A stretch of DNA of 64,000 nucleotides, taken from positions 1,440,001 through 1,504,000 of the forward strand of contig OZ245777.1 of the NCBI GenBank assembly GCA_965227775.1, read 5' to 3'. Each line of letters starts with the position of its first letter. Position 1 is the stretch's first letter. A model generated the notes under the pieces. The model worked only from the letters and a program-made list of their open reading frames with translations. It made no database searches and was not told where the DNA came from. Positions 31,119 to 43,142 of this stretch are shown here, one piece after another. The DNA comes from Phycisphaerales bacterium. Lineage in GTDB: Bacteria; Planctomycetota; Phycisphaerae; Phycisphaerales; UBA1924. Made by a program: the position numbers and the translations under genes.

Positions 31119-31151
31119 CTTAGCGCAATCTTAACGCCTTCTTCGGGTTCC
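31119..31151 (+). promoter_or_regulatory. Candidate Pho box (11-bp-period direct repeats)
   Basis: CTTAGCGCAAT / CTTAACGCCTT / CTTCGGGTTCC at 31119, 31130 and 31141, about 90-120 bp upstream of pstS. Confidence 0.5.
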
Positions 31152-31238
31152 ATGAATGCCCCAATGCTGGGGCCGTGCTTCCATTTGCCTCGAAACCCAA
31201 GCCGCCCCGAAAAAGCTGCGGGCGAAGGAGATTCCAGC

Positions 31239-32216
31239 ATGGCAACGACGTTTCGCAAATGGACTGTTGGCCTGACCGCCGCCGTGGCTGGCGCTTCGGT
31301 GCTCATGGCCTCGGGCCCCGAGATTGACAGCCAACTGCCCACCTATCGCCCCGTGAGCGGCGTGTCGGGCAACATCAAGAGCATCGGCTCGGACACCATG
31401 AACAACCTCATGACCCTCTGGGGCGAGGAGTTCAAGGCGTTCTATCCGGCCGTGCAGATCGAGGTCGAGGGCAAGGGCAGCTCGACCGCGCCCCCCGCGC
31501 TCATGGAGGGTCAGGCCCAGTTCGGCCCCATGAGCCGCGCCATGAAGTCGTCGGAGGTCGATGAGTTCGAGAAGCGCTTCGGCTACAAGCCCGTCGCCCT
31601 TCGCACCGCCATCGACGCCCTGGCCGTCTTTGTCCACAAGGACAACCCGCTGGACGAGATCTCGATCCAGCAGCTCACCGACGTCTTCTCGGTGTCGGGC
31701 GAGAACATGACCTGGGGTGACCTGGGCGTCACCGACCGCGCCTGGGCCAACCGCCCGATCAGCCTGTACGGCCGCAACTCGGCCTCGGGCACCTACGGCT
31801 ACTTCAAGAAGGTCGCCCTCCAGGGCAACGACTACAAGAACACCGTCAAGGAGCAGCCCGGCTCGTCGGCCGTGGTCCAGGGCATCGCCACAGATCGCTT
31901 CGCCATGGGCTACTCGGGCGTGGGCTATGCCACCGCTGGCGTCAAGATGCTCGAGGTCTCGCTCGACGGCGGCGAGGCATTTGCCCCGGTCGCCGAGTTC
32001 GCCAACTCGGGCGAGTACCCGCTGGCCCGCTTCCTGTACCTCTACGTGAACGCCGACCCGGTGAAGGGCATCGATGACCCGATCCGCGCCGAGTTCATCA
32101 AGCTGATCTTCAGCAAGCAGGGCCAGGAAGTCGTCCTCAAGGACGGCTACTTCCCCGTGTCGGCCAACGTGGCTCGCGCGGATCTGAAGGCCTGCAAGCT
32201 GAACCCCAACTTCTGA
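31239..32216 (+). CDS. pstS: Phosphate ABC transporter substrate-binding protein
   Basis: GNIKSIGSDTMNNLM, EGKGSSTAPPAL, YGRNSASGTYGYFK and YPLARFLYLYVN. AAGGAG SD before ATG 31239. Signal peptide present. Confidence 0.95.
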   Translation: MATTFRKWTVGLTAAVAGASVLMASGPEIDSQLPTYRPVSGVSGNIKSIGSDTMNNLMTLWGEEFKAFYPAVQIEVEGKGSSTAPPALMEGQAQFGPMSRAMKSSEVDEFEKRFGYKPVALRTAIDALAVFVHKDNPLDEISIQQLTDVFSVSGENMTWGDLGVTDRAWANRPISLYGRNSASGTYGYFKKVALQGNDYKNTVKEQPGSSAVVQGIATDRFAMGYSGVGYATAGVKMLEVSLDGGEAFAPVAEFANSGEYPLARFLYLYVNADPVKGIDDPIRAEFIKLIFSKQGQEVVLKDGYFPVSANVARADLKACKLNPNF

Positions 32217-32301
32217 TCGAAGATTGACCCGCACCGGTTGATCCAAGACCCCGATGCCCCAAGCCTTCGCCGGCTTGTGAGGTGTCTTTCATTTTCGAGT
32301 C

Positions 32302-32339
32302 CCGTCCGCTGAGACCGTCCGCTGAGACCGTCCGCCGAG
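32302..32339 (+). repeat. Approximately three copies of the 13-bp unit CCGTCCGCTGAGA just upstream of pstC
   Basis: ccgtccgctgaga ccgtccgctgaga ccgtccgccgag, read directly. Confidence 0.85.
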
Positions 32340-32345
32340 CACCCA

Positions 32346-34949
32346 ATGCCAGCGAACAAGAGCCCGAGCGCCAAACCCGCACGACCCGCCGGCAATCGGC
32401 CGGTCCGCCGGCGCGTGGTGCTTATGGATCAGATTTCGGGCTACGTGATCCACACCGGTGGGGCTCTCGTGCTCGTCGCGGTGCTGGGCATCTGCGTGTA
32501 TCTCGCGTACGTCGTCATCCCGCTCTTCTCGCGCGGCGAGATCGGCGAGCGACTCAGCAGCGATACACCCATGAAGGCCGGCATGCCAGTGCTCGACCCC
32601 TACGGCCGGGGCGCGGCATTCGTCTCCAAGCAGGGCGGTATCCAACCCTTTGCGCTTGCGACAGGTGAGCCACTCGCTGAGCCGCTATCGATGTCGCCCG
32701 GCCAGACGCCCACAGCGCTCTCGGTCGTGCGGAACGGTGAGCTCGTCGCCGCGGGCTACGCAGACGGCACCGTCCGGCTGGGCAGCATTACTTTTGACGA
32801 GCGCATACTCGTGACCCAGCCGCCGAGCGAGGATCAGACCTTCTGGGCCGCCGACGGCGCGCTGTACGAGATGGTCACGCCCGAGCGCGCCCGACGCTCG
32901 CAAGTCCAGATCGAACTGGGTGATCCGGTCGAGCTCAGCCAGGGTGAGGGTGGCGTCGCTCGTATCGACTACAACGTCGACCCCACGGGCCGGACGGTGC
33001 TGCTCGTCGCCCGCGAGGACGGCACAGTGCTCGTCAACACAGTGCGCACGATCCGCCCGCTCGGTGGCGGTCCACCTCGCACGCGACTGAGCTCGAGTTC
33101 GTTCGAGATCGACCCCGAGTCCTTCGAGCGATGGCTGTTCGTAACGTCCGACGCCGCCCACGCGCTGTGCGTCGGCGAAGACGGCGAGGTCCGCCGCTTC
33201 AGCCGCACCGACGACGGTTTCGAACTCGCCGAGACGCTGCAGGCCGTGAACGAAGGCCAGCAGGTTACCGCGGCCACCATGATCCTGGGCGGCCGGACGC
33301 TGCTGCTCGGTGACGATGCCGGCACGATCTATGCGTGGCACGTCGCGACGGGCGAGTTTGAGGGCGAGGCCGGCGTGCAGCGGCTCGTCAAGGCCCACGA
33401 GTTCTCAGGATCCGATTCGTCCATCGTCGACATCGCCCCAAGCCAGCGCGATCGTTCGATCGTTATCTTGGGTAGCAACGGCAAGGTCCGTGTTCGTCAT
33501 GTCACGAGCGAGAAGATCGTGACGGACTTCGAGACCGGGCTCGACAACCCCATCCACGCACGCCTCGCGCCGAAGAACGACGGCATCTTCGTGCTCGATG
33601 CATCCGGTCAGGGCGTGATGCGGGCCCTTGAGCCGGGCTACCCCGAGTTCAGCTTCAAGGCACTGTTCGGCAAGGTCCACTACGAGGGCCAGTACGATCC
33701 GCAGTACGTGTACCAGTCTTCGTCGGGCGACGACGCGGCGGAGATCAAGCTCAGCATCATGCCGCTCATCTTCGGCTCGCTGAAGGCAACCATCTTTGCG
33801 ATGCTGTTCGCCGTGCCTATGGGCGTACTGGCGGCAGTGTACACCAGCGAGTTCTTGAGCCCGAACGTGCGCAAGGTCGTGAAGCCCGGCGTCGAGATGA
33901 TGGCCTCGCTGCCGTCGGTCGTACTGGGTTTCATCGCGGCGATCGTGGTGGCGCCCTACGTGCGAGACGTGCTGCCCAGCGTGCTGGTTGGATTCGCAAC
34001 GGTGCCGATCGCCGTACTGCTCATGGCCCACCTGTGGCAGATGCTGCCGACCTACTGGCGAAAGCGCCTGAGCGCTTGGCAGCACATGGTGCTCGTGTTG
34101 GCCACGTGCGGCGTCGGTGCCCTGGTCGCCTTCGGCATCGGGCCCACCATGGAACGCATGCTGTTCGCCCCGCCCGAGGGCGTCGCGCAGGGCGTGCCGG
34201 TTGACATCCGCCGCTGGCTGTCCAGCGAGTACGGCGCGGCCTGGCCCGGCTGGTTCGTGGTGATGATGGGTCCGGTCGCCATCGTCCTGACCGTTTTGCA
34301 GTCGATGTTCCTCGGCAGGCGCCTCGATCGCGCGGTCGCGGGCAAGAGCGACCTGACGATCGCGAACATCATGCTCGCCCGGTTTTTCGGCATGCTCGGG
34401 CTCACGCTCGTGCTGGCACTCGGCGTCGCGCACCTGCTGCAAGCGCTCGGTTTTGACCCACGCGACAGCATCTTCGGCCCGTTCTCGCCGCGCAACACGC
34501 TGGTCGTCTCCATGATCATGGGCTTCGCGGTCATCCCGATCATCTACACGATCTCGGAAGACTCGCTGCAGGCCGTGCCCGACTCGCTCCGCACCGCATC
34601 GCTCGGTGCGGGCGCAACGCCGTGGCAGACGGCCGTGCGAATCGTCATCCCCGTCGCGGGCTCGGGCATCTTCTCGGCGTGCATGATCGGCTTCGGTCGA
34701 GCGGCGGGCGAGACCATGATCGTGCTCATGGCCACGGGCAACACGCCCGAGATGAGCTGGAACGTGTTCGGCGGCTTCCGCACGCTGTCGGCCAACATCG
34801 CCGTCGAGCTACCCGAGGCACCGATGGGAAGCACGCACTACCGCGTGTTGTTCCTGTGCGGCTTCGTCCTCTTCCTTATGACCTTCGCGGTGAACACCGC
34901 CGCCGAGGTCGTCCGCCAGATCGTGCGAGCAAGGACGGCCGGGCTATGA
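32346..34949 (+). CDS. pstC: Phosphate ABC transporter permease PstC, long form with WD40-like beta-propeller
   Basis: C-terminal permease (PLIFGSLKAT, EMMASLPSVVLGF, ISEDSLQAVP..LR.ASLGAGATPWQTA, GRAAGETMIVLMATGNTP, RTLSANIAVELPEA). About 400 aa of beta-repeat region follows the first TM. Confidence 0.92.
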   Translation: MPANKSPSAKPARPAGNRPVRRRVVLMDQISGYVIHTGGALVLVAVLGICVYLAYVVIPLFSRGEIGERLSSDTPMKAGMPVLDPYGRGAAFVSKQGGIQPFALATGEPLAEPLSMSPGQTPTALSVVRNGELVAAGYADGTVRLGSITFDERILVTQPPSEDQTFWAADGALYEMVTPERARRSQVQIELGDPVELSQGEGGVARIDYNVDPTGRTVLLVAREDGTVLVNTVRTIRPLGGGPPRTRLSSSSFEIDPESFERWLFVTSDAAHALCVGEDGEVRRFSRTDDGFELAETLQAVNEGQQVTAATMILGGRTLLLGDDAGTIYAWHVATGEFEGEAGVQRLVKAHEFSGSDSSIVDIAPSQRDRSIVILGSNGKVRVRHVTSEKIVTDFETGLDNPIHARLAPKNDGIFVLDASGQGVMRALEPGYPEFSFKALFGKVHYEGQYDPQYVYQSSSGDDAAEIKLSIMPLIFGSLKATIFAMLFAVPMGVLAAVYTSEFLSPNVRKVVKPGVEMMASLPSVVLGFIAAIVVAPYVRDVLPSVLVGFATVPIAVLLMAHLWQMLPTYWRKRLSAWQHMVLVLATCGVGALVAFGIGPTMERMLFAPPEGVAQGVPVDIRRWLSSEYGAAWPGWFVVMMGPVAIVLTVLQSMFLGRRLDRAVAGKSDLTIANIMLARFFGMLGLTLVLALGVAHLLQALGFDPRDSIFGPFSPRNTLVVSMIMGFAVIPIIYTISEDSLQAVPDSLRTASLGAGATPWQTAVRIVIPVAGSGIFSACMIGFGRAAGETMIVLMATGNTPEMSWNVFGGFRTLSANIAVELPEAPMGSTHYRVLFLCGFVLFLMTFAVNTAAEVVRQIVRARTAGL

Positions 34950-37132
34950 GCGACGACCGCACGAACAACGCCGACCAGGCGCAGAACGCTGCCGGAGCCC
35001 CTGCCAAGCAGGCGCCCATCGGCAGGCGCTCGACGCCCCCGAGCGCGTTGGGCGAGCCCATGATCTGGCTCACCGGCGCCGCACTCGTCGTTTCGCTCAC
35101 CATGATTGTCGGCCTCGTGGCGATGATCGTGACGCAGGGCCTGACGACGTTCTGGCCGCGCCCAATCGAGCGCGTCACGCTCAACGACGGCACCGTGTTC
35201 CTGGGCGTTCCGACCGAATCCGAGTCCGACCCGCCCCAGACGCTCTACCGCACCGGCAATCGGGACATCGGCACCGAGCCCTTCCGCTGGGTGAGCGAAA
35301 GCGACATCGCCAGCCTCGATCGCCCGAAGCACGGGGTCATGCTCGAACGTGAGGCGTGGAGCGTGTGGATGGGTGTGCCCGAGAAGGCGATCGTCGTCGA
35401 CGAAGCCGGGCTGCCCAACGTTGTCGCCGAAGGCCCCGAGGCCGTCATGGCCTTCATCGAGGAGAACCACGGCGAGGCCCGCGCGCGATACAAAGAGATC
35501 GAGAGCCTCAAGAAGCACGGCCTGGGTGGCATCAACCAACGCATCGAGGCGCTCCGCCTCCGCGTGCGAGAAGCCGAAATCGACGCGGCTCGCACGGAGC
35601 GCCCCGCCGATTCGTTCGGCATCCCGCTTTTCGCTGGCGTGGTCGCGCTTGGTATCGGTGCCTTTGGGTTCGCGTGGTGGGTCGGCCGGGATCACAGCCC
35701 GAGCGATGCACCCAGGCTCGGCGGGCCGAGCAAGCCGGTACGCCTGGCGCGCATGGCGGCGGTGGCGCTCGGTGTGACGCTGTTGCTGGCTGCCTGGCTG
35801 CACGCGCCGTGGCAGAATCGCGTGATCACCGACGAGCGGCTCGAAGAGATCCGCGCCGCGGCCGCGGAGCGCGAGGCCGAACTCCAGATTCGCTATGACG
35901 ACGTGCTGGAGCGCATCGGCGCGCTCGAGGTGGAAGACGAACGCCTGCGACTTGAAGTCGTCGACCCGCGGACGGGCCGCTTTGCGCCCGCTCGACAGAT
36001 CGAGCCGGACAACCCAATGCGACTCTCGCAGATTGTTCGTGTTGTCGACGCGAACGACATGGATCTGGGTGACAAGGTGGGCGTCTTCCTCTCCCGATGG
36101 TGGGAGTTCCTAGCCCACCCGCCGCGCGAGGCGAATACAGAGGGCGGTGTGTTCCCGGTTATCGTGGGCACGGTCATGCTCACGCTGTTGCTGACCATCA
36201 CGGTGACGCCGCTCGGCGTGATCGCGGCGTTGTACCTCCGCGAATATGCACCCCAGGGTGTCGTGACCAGCACCATCCGCATTGCGGTGAATAATCTTGC
36301 CGGCGTCCCGAGCATTGTTTACGGCGTGTTCGGCTTGGGGTTCTTCTGCTACACCGTTGGCAAATATGTCGACGTCGGCAGCGATCCCTCGCTGCGCCTG
36401 CCCGCGCCGTGGTGGTGGGTGGTGCTCGGCAGCACGATGCTCGCGCTCGTTGCGGCCTACGCCTCGGGCGTGTGGTCCAAGCCCATCCCGGGTAAGGAAG
36501 AGTCGCCTCGCAACAAGGCGTTGAAGTGGGTCTCTCGAATCCTGTGGCTGTCGGTGTTCATCGCGGCCGCGGTGCTGGTGGTGCGCACGCCCTACTTCAC
36601 CGGGTTCTTCGAGGCACGTGCCGCAGACGGATCACCGACCTTTGGCGCACGTGGCATGCTGTGGGCCGCGCTCACGCTCGCGCTGCTGACGCTGCCGGTG
36701 GTGATCGTGTCGACCGAGGAGGCCATCGCCGCAGTGCCCAACTCGATGCGCGAGGGCAGCTACGGCTGCGGTGCCAGCAAATGGCAGACGATGCGGCGGA
36801 TCGTGCTGCCTGGGGCCATGCCCGGCATCCTCACCGGAGCCATCCTGGCGATGGCTCGCGGGGCGGGCGAGGTGGCTCCCTTGATGCTCGTGGGCGCGGT
36901 GAAGCTCAACGAAGACCTGCCCATCAGTACCAACGCCCCCTTCCTCCATCTCGATCGCAGCTTCATGCACCTCGGCTTCCACATCTATGACCTGGGCTTC
37001 CAGAGCCCGGACAGCCAGGCCGCCCGGCCGCTGGTGTGGACCACCACGCTGTTGCTGCTGGTTATCGTCGTCAGCCTGAACCTTGTCGCCATCATCATCC
37101 GGGCTCGCCTGCGGGCCCGCCTGAGCGCTTGA
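34946..37132 (+). CDS. pstA: Phosphate ABC transporter permease PstA, long form
   Basis: [55 protein letters not shown] and [16 protein letters not shown] overlap at 34946. Confidence 0.92.
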   Translation: MSDDRTNNADQAQNAAGAPAKQAPIGRRSTPPSALGEPMIWLTGAALVVSLTMIVGLVAMIVTQGLTTFWPRPIERVTLNDGTVFLGVPTESESDPPQTLYRTGNRDIGTEPFRWVSESDIASLDRPKHGVMLEREAWSVWMGVPEKAIVVDEAGLPNVVAEGPEAVMAFIEENHGEARARYKEIESLKKHGLGGINQRIEALRLRVREAEIDAARTERPADSFGIPLFAGVVALGIGAFGFAWWVGRDHSPSDAPRLGGPSKPVRLARMAAVALGVTLLLAAWLHAPWQNRVITDERLEEIRAAAAEREAELQIRYDDVLERIGALEVEDERLRLEVVDPRTGRFAPARQIEPDNPMRLSQIVRVVDANDMDLGDKVGVFLSRWWEFLAHPPREANTEGGVFPVIVGTVMLTLLLTITVTPLGVIAALYLREYAPQGVVTSTIRIAVNNLAGVPSIVYGVFGLGFFCYTVGKYVDVGSDPSLRLPAPWWWVVLGSTMLALVAAYASGVWSKPIPGKEESPRNKALKWVSRILWLSVFIAAAVLVVRTPYFTGFFEARAADGSPTFGARGMLWAALTLALLTLPVVIVSTEEAIAAVPNSMREGSYGCGASKWQTMRRIVLPGAMPGILTGAILAMARGAGEVAPLMLVGAVKLNEDLPISTNAPFLHLDRSFMHLGFHIYDLGFQSPDSQAARPLVWTTTLLLLVIVVSLNLVAIIIRARLRARLSA

Positions 37133-37143
37133 ACGGTGGAACC

Positions 37144-38094
37144 ATGTCCTACGCTAATGCTTCGATGACCAGCCCGGCCGACGATCCCAAGCAGAAGTCC
37201 CCCGCGAGGGGCGAGGGCATGCCGTCCATGGCCGACAAGGACCAGTTCCAGCCCGAGTCGTCGGGCGTGTACCGCGTGATCGAGGCCATCCGCCGCGGCG
37301 AGTCGGTCGATCCGGCGCTCCACCCGGAAATGGACGGGATGGAAGGCGTCATCGACATCGACACCTTCAATCTGTATTACGGGCCGTCACGGGCGCTCTT
37401 TGACATCTCGATGACCATTCCAAAGGGCAACGTCACCGCCCTCATCGGTCCCTCTGGCTGCGGTAAGAGCACGCTGCTCCGCTCGATCAACCGGATGAAC
37501 GACCTGATCGCCGGGGTGCGGGTCGAGGGCGAGATGAGCCTGAGCGGCTCGCCCATCTATGCCCCGCACGTGGACGTGATCGGCCTGCGCAAGCGCCTGG
37601 GCATGGTGTTCCAGAAGCCCAACCCCTTCCCCATGTCGATCTACGAGAACGTGGTCTACCCGCTGCGCATCGACGGTGAGAACCGCCGCAGCGTGCTCGA
37701 CGAGGCCTGCGAGCGGGCATTGCGCTCTGCCGCCATCTGGGACGAGGCCAAGGACCGCCTTAAGCAGAGCGCCCTGGGCCTCTCGGGCGGCCAGCAGCAG
37801 CGTCTGTGCATCGCCCGCGCCGTGGTCGCCGACCCCGAGGTGCTGCTGCTCGATGAGCCGTGCTCGGCCCTCGACCCCATCGCCACACTGCGCATCGAGG
37901 AACTCATCCAGGAGATCGCCGAGCGGTACACGGTGCTCATCGTGACCCACAACATGCAGCAGGCCATGCGTGTGAGCGACTACACGGCCTTCATGTACCT
38001 CGGCCGCCTCGTGGAGTACGGCCCGACCAGCGGCATCTTCCGCCGCCCGATTCTCACTGAGACCGAGGAGTATGTCACCGGCCGCTTCGGCTGA
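37144..38094 (+). CDS. pstB: Phosphate ABC transporter ATP-binding protein
   Basis: Walker [47 protein letters not shown] and C-terminal YVTGRFG. Confidence 0.96.
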   Translation: MSYANASMTSPADDPKQKSPARGEGMPSMADKDQFQPESSGVYRVIEAIRRGESVDPALHPEMDGMEGVIDIDTFNLYYGPSRALFDISMTIPKGNVTALIGPSGCGKSTLLRSINRMNDLIAGVRVEGEMSLSGSPIYAPHVDVIGLRKRLGMVFQKPNPFPMSIYENVVYPLRIDGENRRSVLDEACERALRSAAIWDEAKDRLKQSALGLSGGQQQRLCIARAVVADPEVLLLDEPCSALDPIATLRIEELIQEIAERYTVLIVTHNMQQAMRVSDYTAFMYLGRLVEYGPTSGIFRRPILTETEEYVTGRFG

Positions 38095-38280
38095 GCCGGC
38101 GTCTCGGTGGCTTGGGCATAAACCCGCGCTTGGGTTGTTGAACGGGCCCCAGAAGGTCCAAAGAACGAACCCGCGCGGGCCGATTGGATAGACTTAGATG
38201 ATTAGGTCCGGGGCGCGGCCTCGCGTCGTTTTGCGCGGGGTGGGGGCCCCGGAGAAGACTGGACTTCGAGGGTATTCCCT

Positions 38281-41193
38281 ATGTCCGACGGACCCCGTGC
38301 CGTGCCCGCCTCGGTCAATGGCTGGAACGCCCAGTTCCTTGATCAGGCCTACGCGAGCTATCTCGAGAACCCCGAGTCTGTCGCCCCAGACGTGCGAGCG
38401 TTCTTCCAGGGATTCGAATTGGGCGGCGGCAGCGGAGCGCCCACCGAAGGCGGCGGTGCGGGCGAAGGTGACATCGGCTTCCACGCGAAGGTCGATGACC
38501 TCGTGTTTGCCTACCGCGACATGGGCCACCTGGCGGCCAAACTCGACCCCTTCGGGCGGTCGAGCGACCCCGTGGCCTGCCTCGATTTGGCCGAGCATGG
38601 GCTGAGCGAGCGTGATCTGTCGCGCCCGATCAACGCGGACCGGCTGGGCATGGAGGGCCCGCTCACGCTGGGCGAGGCCATTGAGCGGCTCGAGAAGACC
38701 TACTGCTCGTCGATCGGCGCCGAGATCATGCACGTGCCCAGCCGGGCGGAGCGGGCGTGGCTTATCGAGCGGTGCGAGCGTCACGGCGGGTCGATCGCGT
38801 TCGATGCGGGCCGGCGCGTGCACATCCTGCGCCAACTCTTGCAGAGCGAGATGTTCGAGAAATTCCTGGGCCGGCGCTACCCGGGCGACAAGCGTTTCAG
38901 TCTCGAGGGCAGCGAGACGCTCATCCCGCTGGTCAACGGCGTGCTGGAGCACTACAGCGAGCACTCTGTCGAAGAAGTCGTCATTGGCATGGCCCACCGC
39001 GGCCGGCTGAACGTGCTCAACAACGTTCTGGGCAAGAGCTACGAGCAGATCTTCACCGAATTCGAGGACACCTGGGAAGAGGACTACACCCAGGGTGGCG
39101 GGGACGTGAAGTACCACCGCGGCTACTCGAGCGAGCGGCGCTTCCCCAACGGTCGCGCGCTGCATGTGGCGCTCAGCAGCAACCCGAGCCACCTCGAGGC
39201 CGTGGGCCCGGTGGTGCAGGGCCGCACGCGCGCCAAGCAGCGTCACCGCGGCGACAAGGACCGCACCCGCGTGGCGCCCGTCGTCATCCACGGTGATGCG
39301 GCGGTCATCGGCCAGGGCGTCGTTGCCGAGACGCTGAACTTCTCTCAGCTCGAGGGCTACGCCACGGGTGGGACGATCCACGTCGTGGTGAACAACCTCA
39401 TCGGCTTCACGACCTCGCCGCGCGACGGACGATCGAGCCTGTACTGCACCGACGTGGGCAAGATCGTGGGTGCCCCAGTATTGCACGTGAATGGTGAAGA
39501 TCCGGATGCCTGCGTGATGGCGGCCCTGCTTGCCGTCGAGTATCGCCAGGCATTCAAGAAGGACATCTTCATCGACATGCACTGTTACCGCCGCTTCGGC
39601 CACAACGAGCAGGACGAGGCCAGCTTTACGCAGCCGGTGCTCTACGGCTTGATTAAGAAGAAGAAGAGCGTGCTGAGCGGGTACGCGGAGCGTTTGCTGT
39701 CCGAGGGCGTCATCACCGATGACGACATGGAGCAGATCCGCAAGCAGCTCGACGCATCGCTTGAGCAGGCGCAGGAGGCGGCCAAGCAGTCGCCCTACGA
39801 CCCGACGATCGACCCCGGTAGTGCGCGTTGGGTGGGCATGACCCACAAGTACAGCTTCGAGGACAAGTCGACGGCGGTGGCCCTGGACACACTTCGCGAG
39901 GTGTGCGACGCGCTTGGCTCGGTTCCCGAGGAATTTCAGGTGCACCGCAAGCTGAAGAAGCTGCTCGCCGATCGCAAGTCGTTGCCCGAGAACGGCGACA
40001 TCAGCTACGCTGATGCCGAGAGCTTGGCGTATGGCACGCTGCTGCTCGAGGGCGTGCCCGTACGCCTGAGCGGGCAGGACAGCCGGCGCGGCACGTTCAG
40101 CCACCGCCATGCGGTGCTGGTCGATAGCGAGAGCGCCGAGAGCTATGTGCCGCTCAACCACATCCGCGCCGTGGGTGAGCCGGGTACCGGCCTCGAGCCA
40201 CTGCAGCCCGGCCCCGACGGCAGGTTGGCCCAAGCGAAGTTCTGCGTGTACGACAGCCCGCTGAGCGAATTCAGCGTGATGGGCTTCGAGTACGGCTATG
40301 CGCTGAGCGACCCCAACATGCTCGTCGTGTGGGAAGCTCAGTTCGGCGACTTCGTCAATGGCGCGCAGGTCATCATCGATCAGTTCCTCACCAGCGCCGA
40401 GCTGAAGTGGGATCGCTGGTCGGGCCTGGTGATGCTGCTGCCGCATGGCTATGAGGGCCAGGGCCCCGAGCACTCGTCGGCGAGGCTCGAGCGATTCCTC
40501 AAGGCGTGCGCCGATGACAACATTGAGGTGTGCTACCCGACGACCGCGGCGCAGACGTTCCACATGCTGCGGCGACAGGTCCGCCGGCCGTACCGCAAGC
40601 CGCTCGTCGTGATGACGCCCAAGAGCCTTATCCGCACGGCGACGAGCAAGATCGAAGAGCTCACGCGCGGCAAGTTCATGGAGATCTTGGAGGACCCGCG
40701 ATTCAGCGGCGATGCCGCAAGTGACAACGGCAAGAAGGCTGCCAAGCCAGATCCCCAGAAGGTCCGTGATGTGATCTTGTGCAGCGGCAAGATCTACTGG
40801 GAACTCGCCGAGCGCCGCGACGCGATCGGGCGCGAGGATGTCGCGATCGTGCGCGTCGAGCAGCTCTACCCGCTTCACAACGACCTGCTTCGCGGCATCC
40901 TGGAGCGGTACGCGAAGTCCGAGCGCGTGATGTGGGTGCAGGAAGAGCCGCGGAACATGGGCGCGTACCAGTTCATTGCCGACAAGATGCGGCAGAACAT
41001 GCCCGATCTGTTGCCCGAGGGCGACCTGGGGTACATCGGCCGCAACGCGAGCGCCAGCCCGGCGACGGGTAGCAAGCGGCGGCACAAGGCCGAGCAGGAG
41101 CAGCTCATTTCCGAGGCCATCGGCCCGCTGGACAAGGACGACGAGAAGCAGCCGAGCACGTCGGGGCCCAAGCTGGTCCGCGTGTCGGCCTAG
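38281..41193 (+). CDS. sucA: 2-oxoglutarate dehydrogenase E1 component
   Basis: [81 protein letters not shown] and [10 protein letters not shown]. Confidence 0.97.
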   Translation: MSDGPRAVPASVNGWNAQFLDQAYASYLENPESVAPDVRAFFQGFELGGGSGAPTEGGGAGEGDIGFHAKVDDLVFAYRDMGHLAAKLDPFGRSSDPVACLDLAEHGLSERDLSRPINADRLGMEGPLTLGEAIERLEKTYCSSIGAEIMHVPSRAERAWLIERCERHGGSIAFDAGRRVHILRQLLQSEMFEKFLGRRYPGDKRFSLEGSETLIPLVNGVLEHYSEHSVEEVVIGMAHRGRLNVLNNVLGKSYEQIFTEFEDTWEEDYTQGGGDVKYHRGYSSERRFPNGRALHVALSSNPSHLEAVGPVVQGRTRAKQRHRGDKDRTRVAPVVIHGDAAVIGQGVVAETLNFSQLEGYATGGTIHVVVNNLIGFTTSPRDGRSSLYCTDVGKIVGAPVLHVNGEDPDACVMAALLAVEYRQAFKKDIFIDMHCYRRFGHNEQDEASFTQPVLYGLIKKKKSVLSGYAERLLSEGVITDDDMEQIRKQLDASLEQAQEAAKQSPYDPTIDPGSARWVGMTHKYSFEDKSTAVALDTLREVCDALGSVPEEFQVHRKLKKLLADRKSLPENGDISYADAESLAYGTLLLEGVPVRLSGQDSRRGTFSHRHAVLVDSESAESYVPLNHIRAVGEPGTGLEPLQPGPDGRLAQAKFCVYDSPLSEFSVMGFEYGYALSDPNMLVVWEAQFGDFVNGAQVIIDQFLTSAELKWDRWSGLVMLLPHGYEGQGPEHSSARLERFLKACADDNIEVCYPTTAAQTFHMLRRQVRRPYRKPLVVMTPKSLIRTATSKIEELTRGKFMEILEDPRFSGDAASDNGKKAAKPDPQKVRDVILCSGKIYWELAERRDAIGREDVAIVRVEQLYPLHNDLLRGILERYAKSERVMWVQEEPRNMGAYQFIADKMRQNMPDLLPEGDLGYIGRNASASPATGSKRRHKAEQEQLISEAIGPLDKDDEKQPSTSGPKLVRVSA

Positions 41194-41236
41194 CCTCTTT
41201 CCGATACGACCCGGGAGGGTCGCAGGAGCGCCACAG

Positions 41237-42571
41237 ATGGCAACCAAGATCGTGATTCCGGAGGTCGGAGAGTCTATCACCAGCGGTGTGATCGCCGCGT
41301 GGAGCGTTGCCGACGGCGAGTATGTCGAGCGCGACCAGACCGTGCTCGAACTCGAGACCGACAAGATCACGATGGAGGTGCCCGCGCCGGCGGCCGGTGT
41401 CATCAAGCATGGTGCCGCCGAGGGCGACGAGGTCGAGGTTGGCGCTTCGGTGGGCGAGATCGACGAGTCGGCCGAGAAGCCCAGCGGCGGTTCGGGTGAG
41501 AAGCAGGCTGAGAAGGCCGCATCGCAGCCCGACGCAAAAGCGGAAAAGCAGCAGGCGTCGGGTGGATCCGACAAGGCCGGCAGCGCCGCGACCGCAACCA
41601 CGACCGAGCAGAAGCCCGCCGAGACCGATCGTGTGCCGCAGGCTCGTGTCGACCGCGCCCAACCCGGCTTCGCGACGCCGCTGGCCGAGAAGGTCGCCGG
41701 AGATCACGGGGTGGATCTCGGTTCGGTGAAGGGCACCGGTGCGGGCGGCCGCATCCGCGAGCAGGACGTGCTTGCGTACATCCAGTCGGGGCCGCACAGC
41801 AACGGCGCGACCAGCAACGGTTCTTCGAATGGTGCAGCGACCAGCAGCCGCGGCGTGCACCGCGACAAGATGACGCCGCTGCGCCAGCGTGTGGCCAACC
41901 GATTGGTCGAGGCCCAGCACACCGCGGCAATGCTCACGACCTTCAACGAGGTCGACATGACCGCCGTCATGGATCTGCGAAAGCAGTACAAGGCAGATTT
42001 CGAGAAGAAGCACGGCGTGGGCCTTGGCTTCATGTCGTTCTTCGTGAAGGCCGTGGTGCAGGGCCTGAAGGCCTTCCCGCTTGTGAATGGGTTCATCGCC
42101 GAGGACGACAGCGGCAAACCCGTGATCCAGACGCACGACTACTGCGATGTTGCGATCGCCGTCGCGAGCCCGAAGGGGTTGGTCGTGCCGGTGCTACGCA
42201 ACGCCGAGCAGCTGTCGTTCGCACAGATCGAGAGCGGCATCAAGGAACTCGCCGTCAAGGCTCGCGATGGCAAGCTGACGATTGACGAGATGACCGGCGG
42301 CACGTTTACCATCACCAATGGTGGTGTCTTCGGCAGCTTGATGAGCACGCCAATCTTGAATCCGCCGCAATCGGCGATCCTCGGCATGCACACGATCAAG
42401 AAGCGTGCGGTTGAGGATCCAAGCAACCCGGGCAGCATCGCGCTGCGGCCCATGATGTACCTGGCGGTCAGCTACGACCACCGCATCATCGACGGGGCCG
42501 AGGCCGTGCAGTTCCTTGTGACGATCAAGAACTGCATCGAGAATCCCGAGCGGATCCTGATGGACGTGTGA
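41237..42571 (+). CDS. sucB: Dihydrolipoamide succinyltransferase (E2)
   Basis: Lipoyl domain [15 protein letters not shown]3-binding [44 protein letters not shown] and [15 protein letters not shown] before ATG 41237. Confidence 0.96.
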   Translation: MATKIVIPEVGESITSGVIAAWSVADGEYVERDQTVLELETDKITMEVPAPAAGVIKHGAAEGDEVEVGASVGEIDESAEKPSGGSGEKQAEKAASQPDAKAEKQQASGGSDKAGSAATATTTEQKPAETDRVPQARVDRAQPGFATPLAEKVAGDHGVDLGSVKGTGAGGRIREQDVLAYIQSGPHSNGATSNGSSNGAATSSRGVHRDKMTPLRQRVANRLVEAQHTAAMLTTFNEVDMTAVMDLRKQYKADFEKKHGVGLGFMSFFVKAVVQGLKAFPLVNGFIAEDDSGKPVIQTHDYCDVAIAVASPKGLVVPVLRNAEQLSFAQIESGIKELAVKARDGKLTIDEMTGGTFTITNGGVFGSLMSTPILNPPQSAILGMHTIKKRAVEDPSNPGSIALRPMMYLAVSYDHRIIDGAEAVQFLVTIKNCIENPERILMDV

Positions 42572-42635
42572 GGACGCGCAGCCAGGTACGAGCAAGGCCC
42601 GGGTGGACTCCCGGGCTGCTATTGATTGATTCTGA

Positions 42636-43142
42636 TCAAATCTGCGCGATTGAGTGCGCCAACCACAGAAGAAGCGCGGCCTGGAATCCCGCCATCAGGT
42701 CATCGAGCACCACGCCCCAGCCGCCCGGCACGGCTTGCAACCGATTGGCCGGCCAGGGCTTGACGATATCCAACGCTCGGAAGTAGATGAACGCTAGTAG
42801 TAGCGTGCCCACGCTCAGGAGGTCGTTGCCCGGGACGGGCATGAGCGCGATGCACAACGCCATGCCGGCGACCTCGTCGGAGACAACTTGGCTTGGGTCC
42901 TTACGGCCGAAGCGGGCTTCGGCCTTGTCTCCCAAGAAGACGCAGGAGAGGGTGAACGCAACCGCGATCGGAAGCATTACCAGGCGGACGGCCATCCAGT
43001 GGGCCTCGGCGGGAAGTGCCAGCACGAGCAGGATCGCGAGCAGAACCGGAGGTAGCGAGCCCCACGTTCCGGGGAAAGGCCGCATGTGGCCGAGACCAAA
43101 GAACGTGACCCATCGCAGGTTGCCGTCGGGTTTGGTGATCAC
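42636..43142 (-). CDS. pgpA: Phosphatidylglycerophosphatase A
   Basis: FFGLGHMRPFPGTWGSL, KDPSQVVSDEVAG, FRALDIVKPWP and GGWGVVLDDLMAG. GTG 43142 overlaps the pgsA stop. Confidence 0.92.
   Translation of the reverse strand: MITKPDGNLRWVTFFGLGHMRPFPGTWGSLPPVLLAILLVLALPAEAHWMAVRLVMLPIAVAFTLSCVFLGDKAEARFGRKDPSQVVSDEVAGMALCIALMPVPGNDLLSVGTLLLAFIYFRALDIVKPWPANRLQAVPGGWGVVLDDLMAGFQAALLLWLAHSIAQI

Noticed and set aside
38194..41601. 1135-aa reverse-strand ORF
   Set aside because: Antisense shadow of sucA/sucB. GC-rich codon bias suppresses stops, and it has no recognisable motifs.
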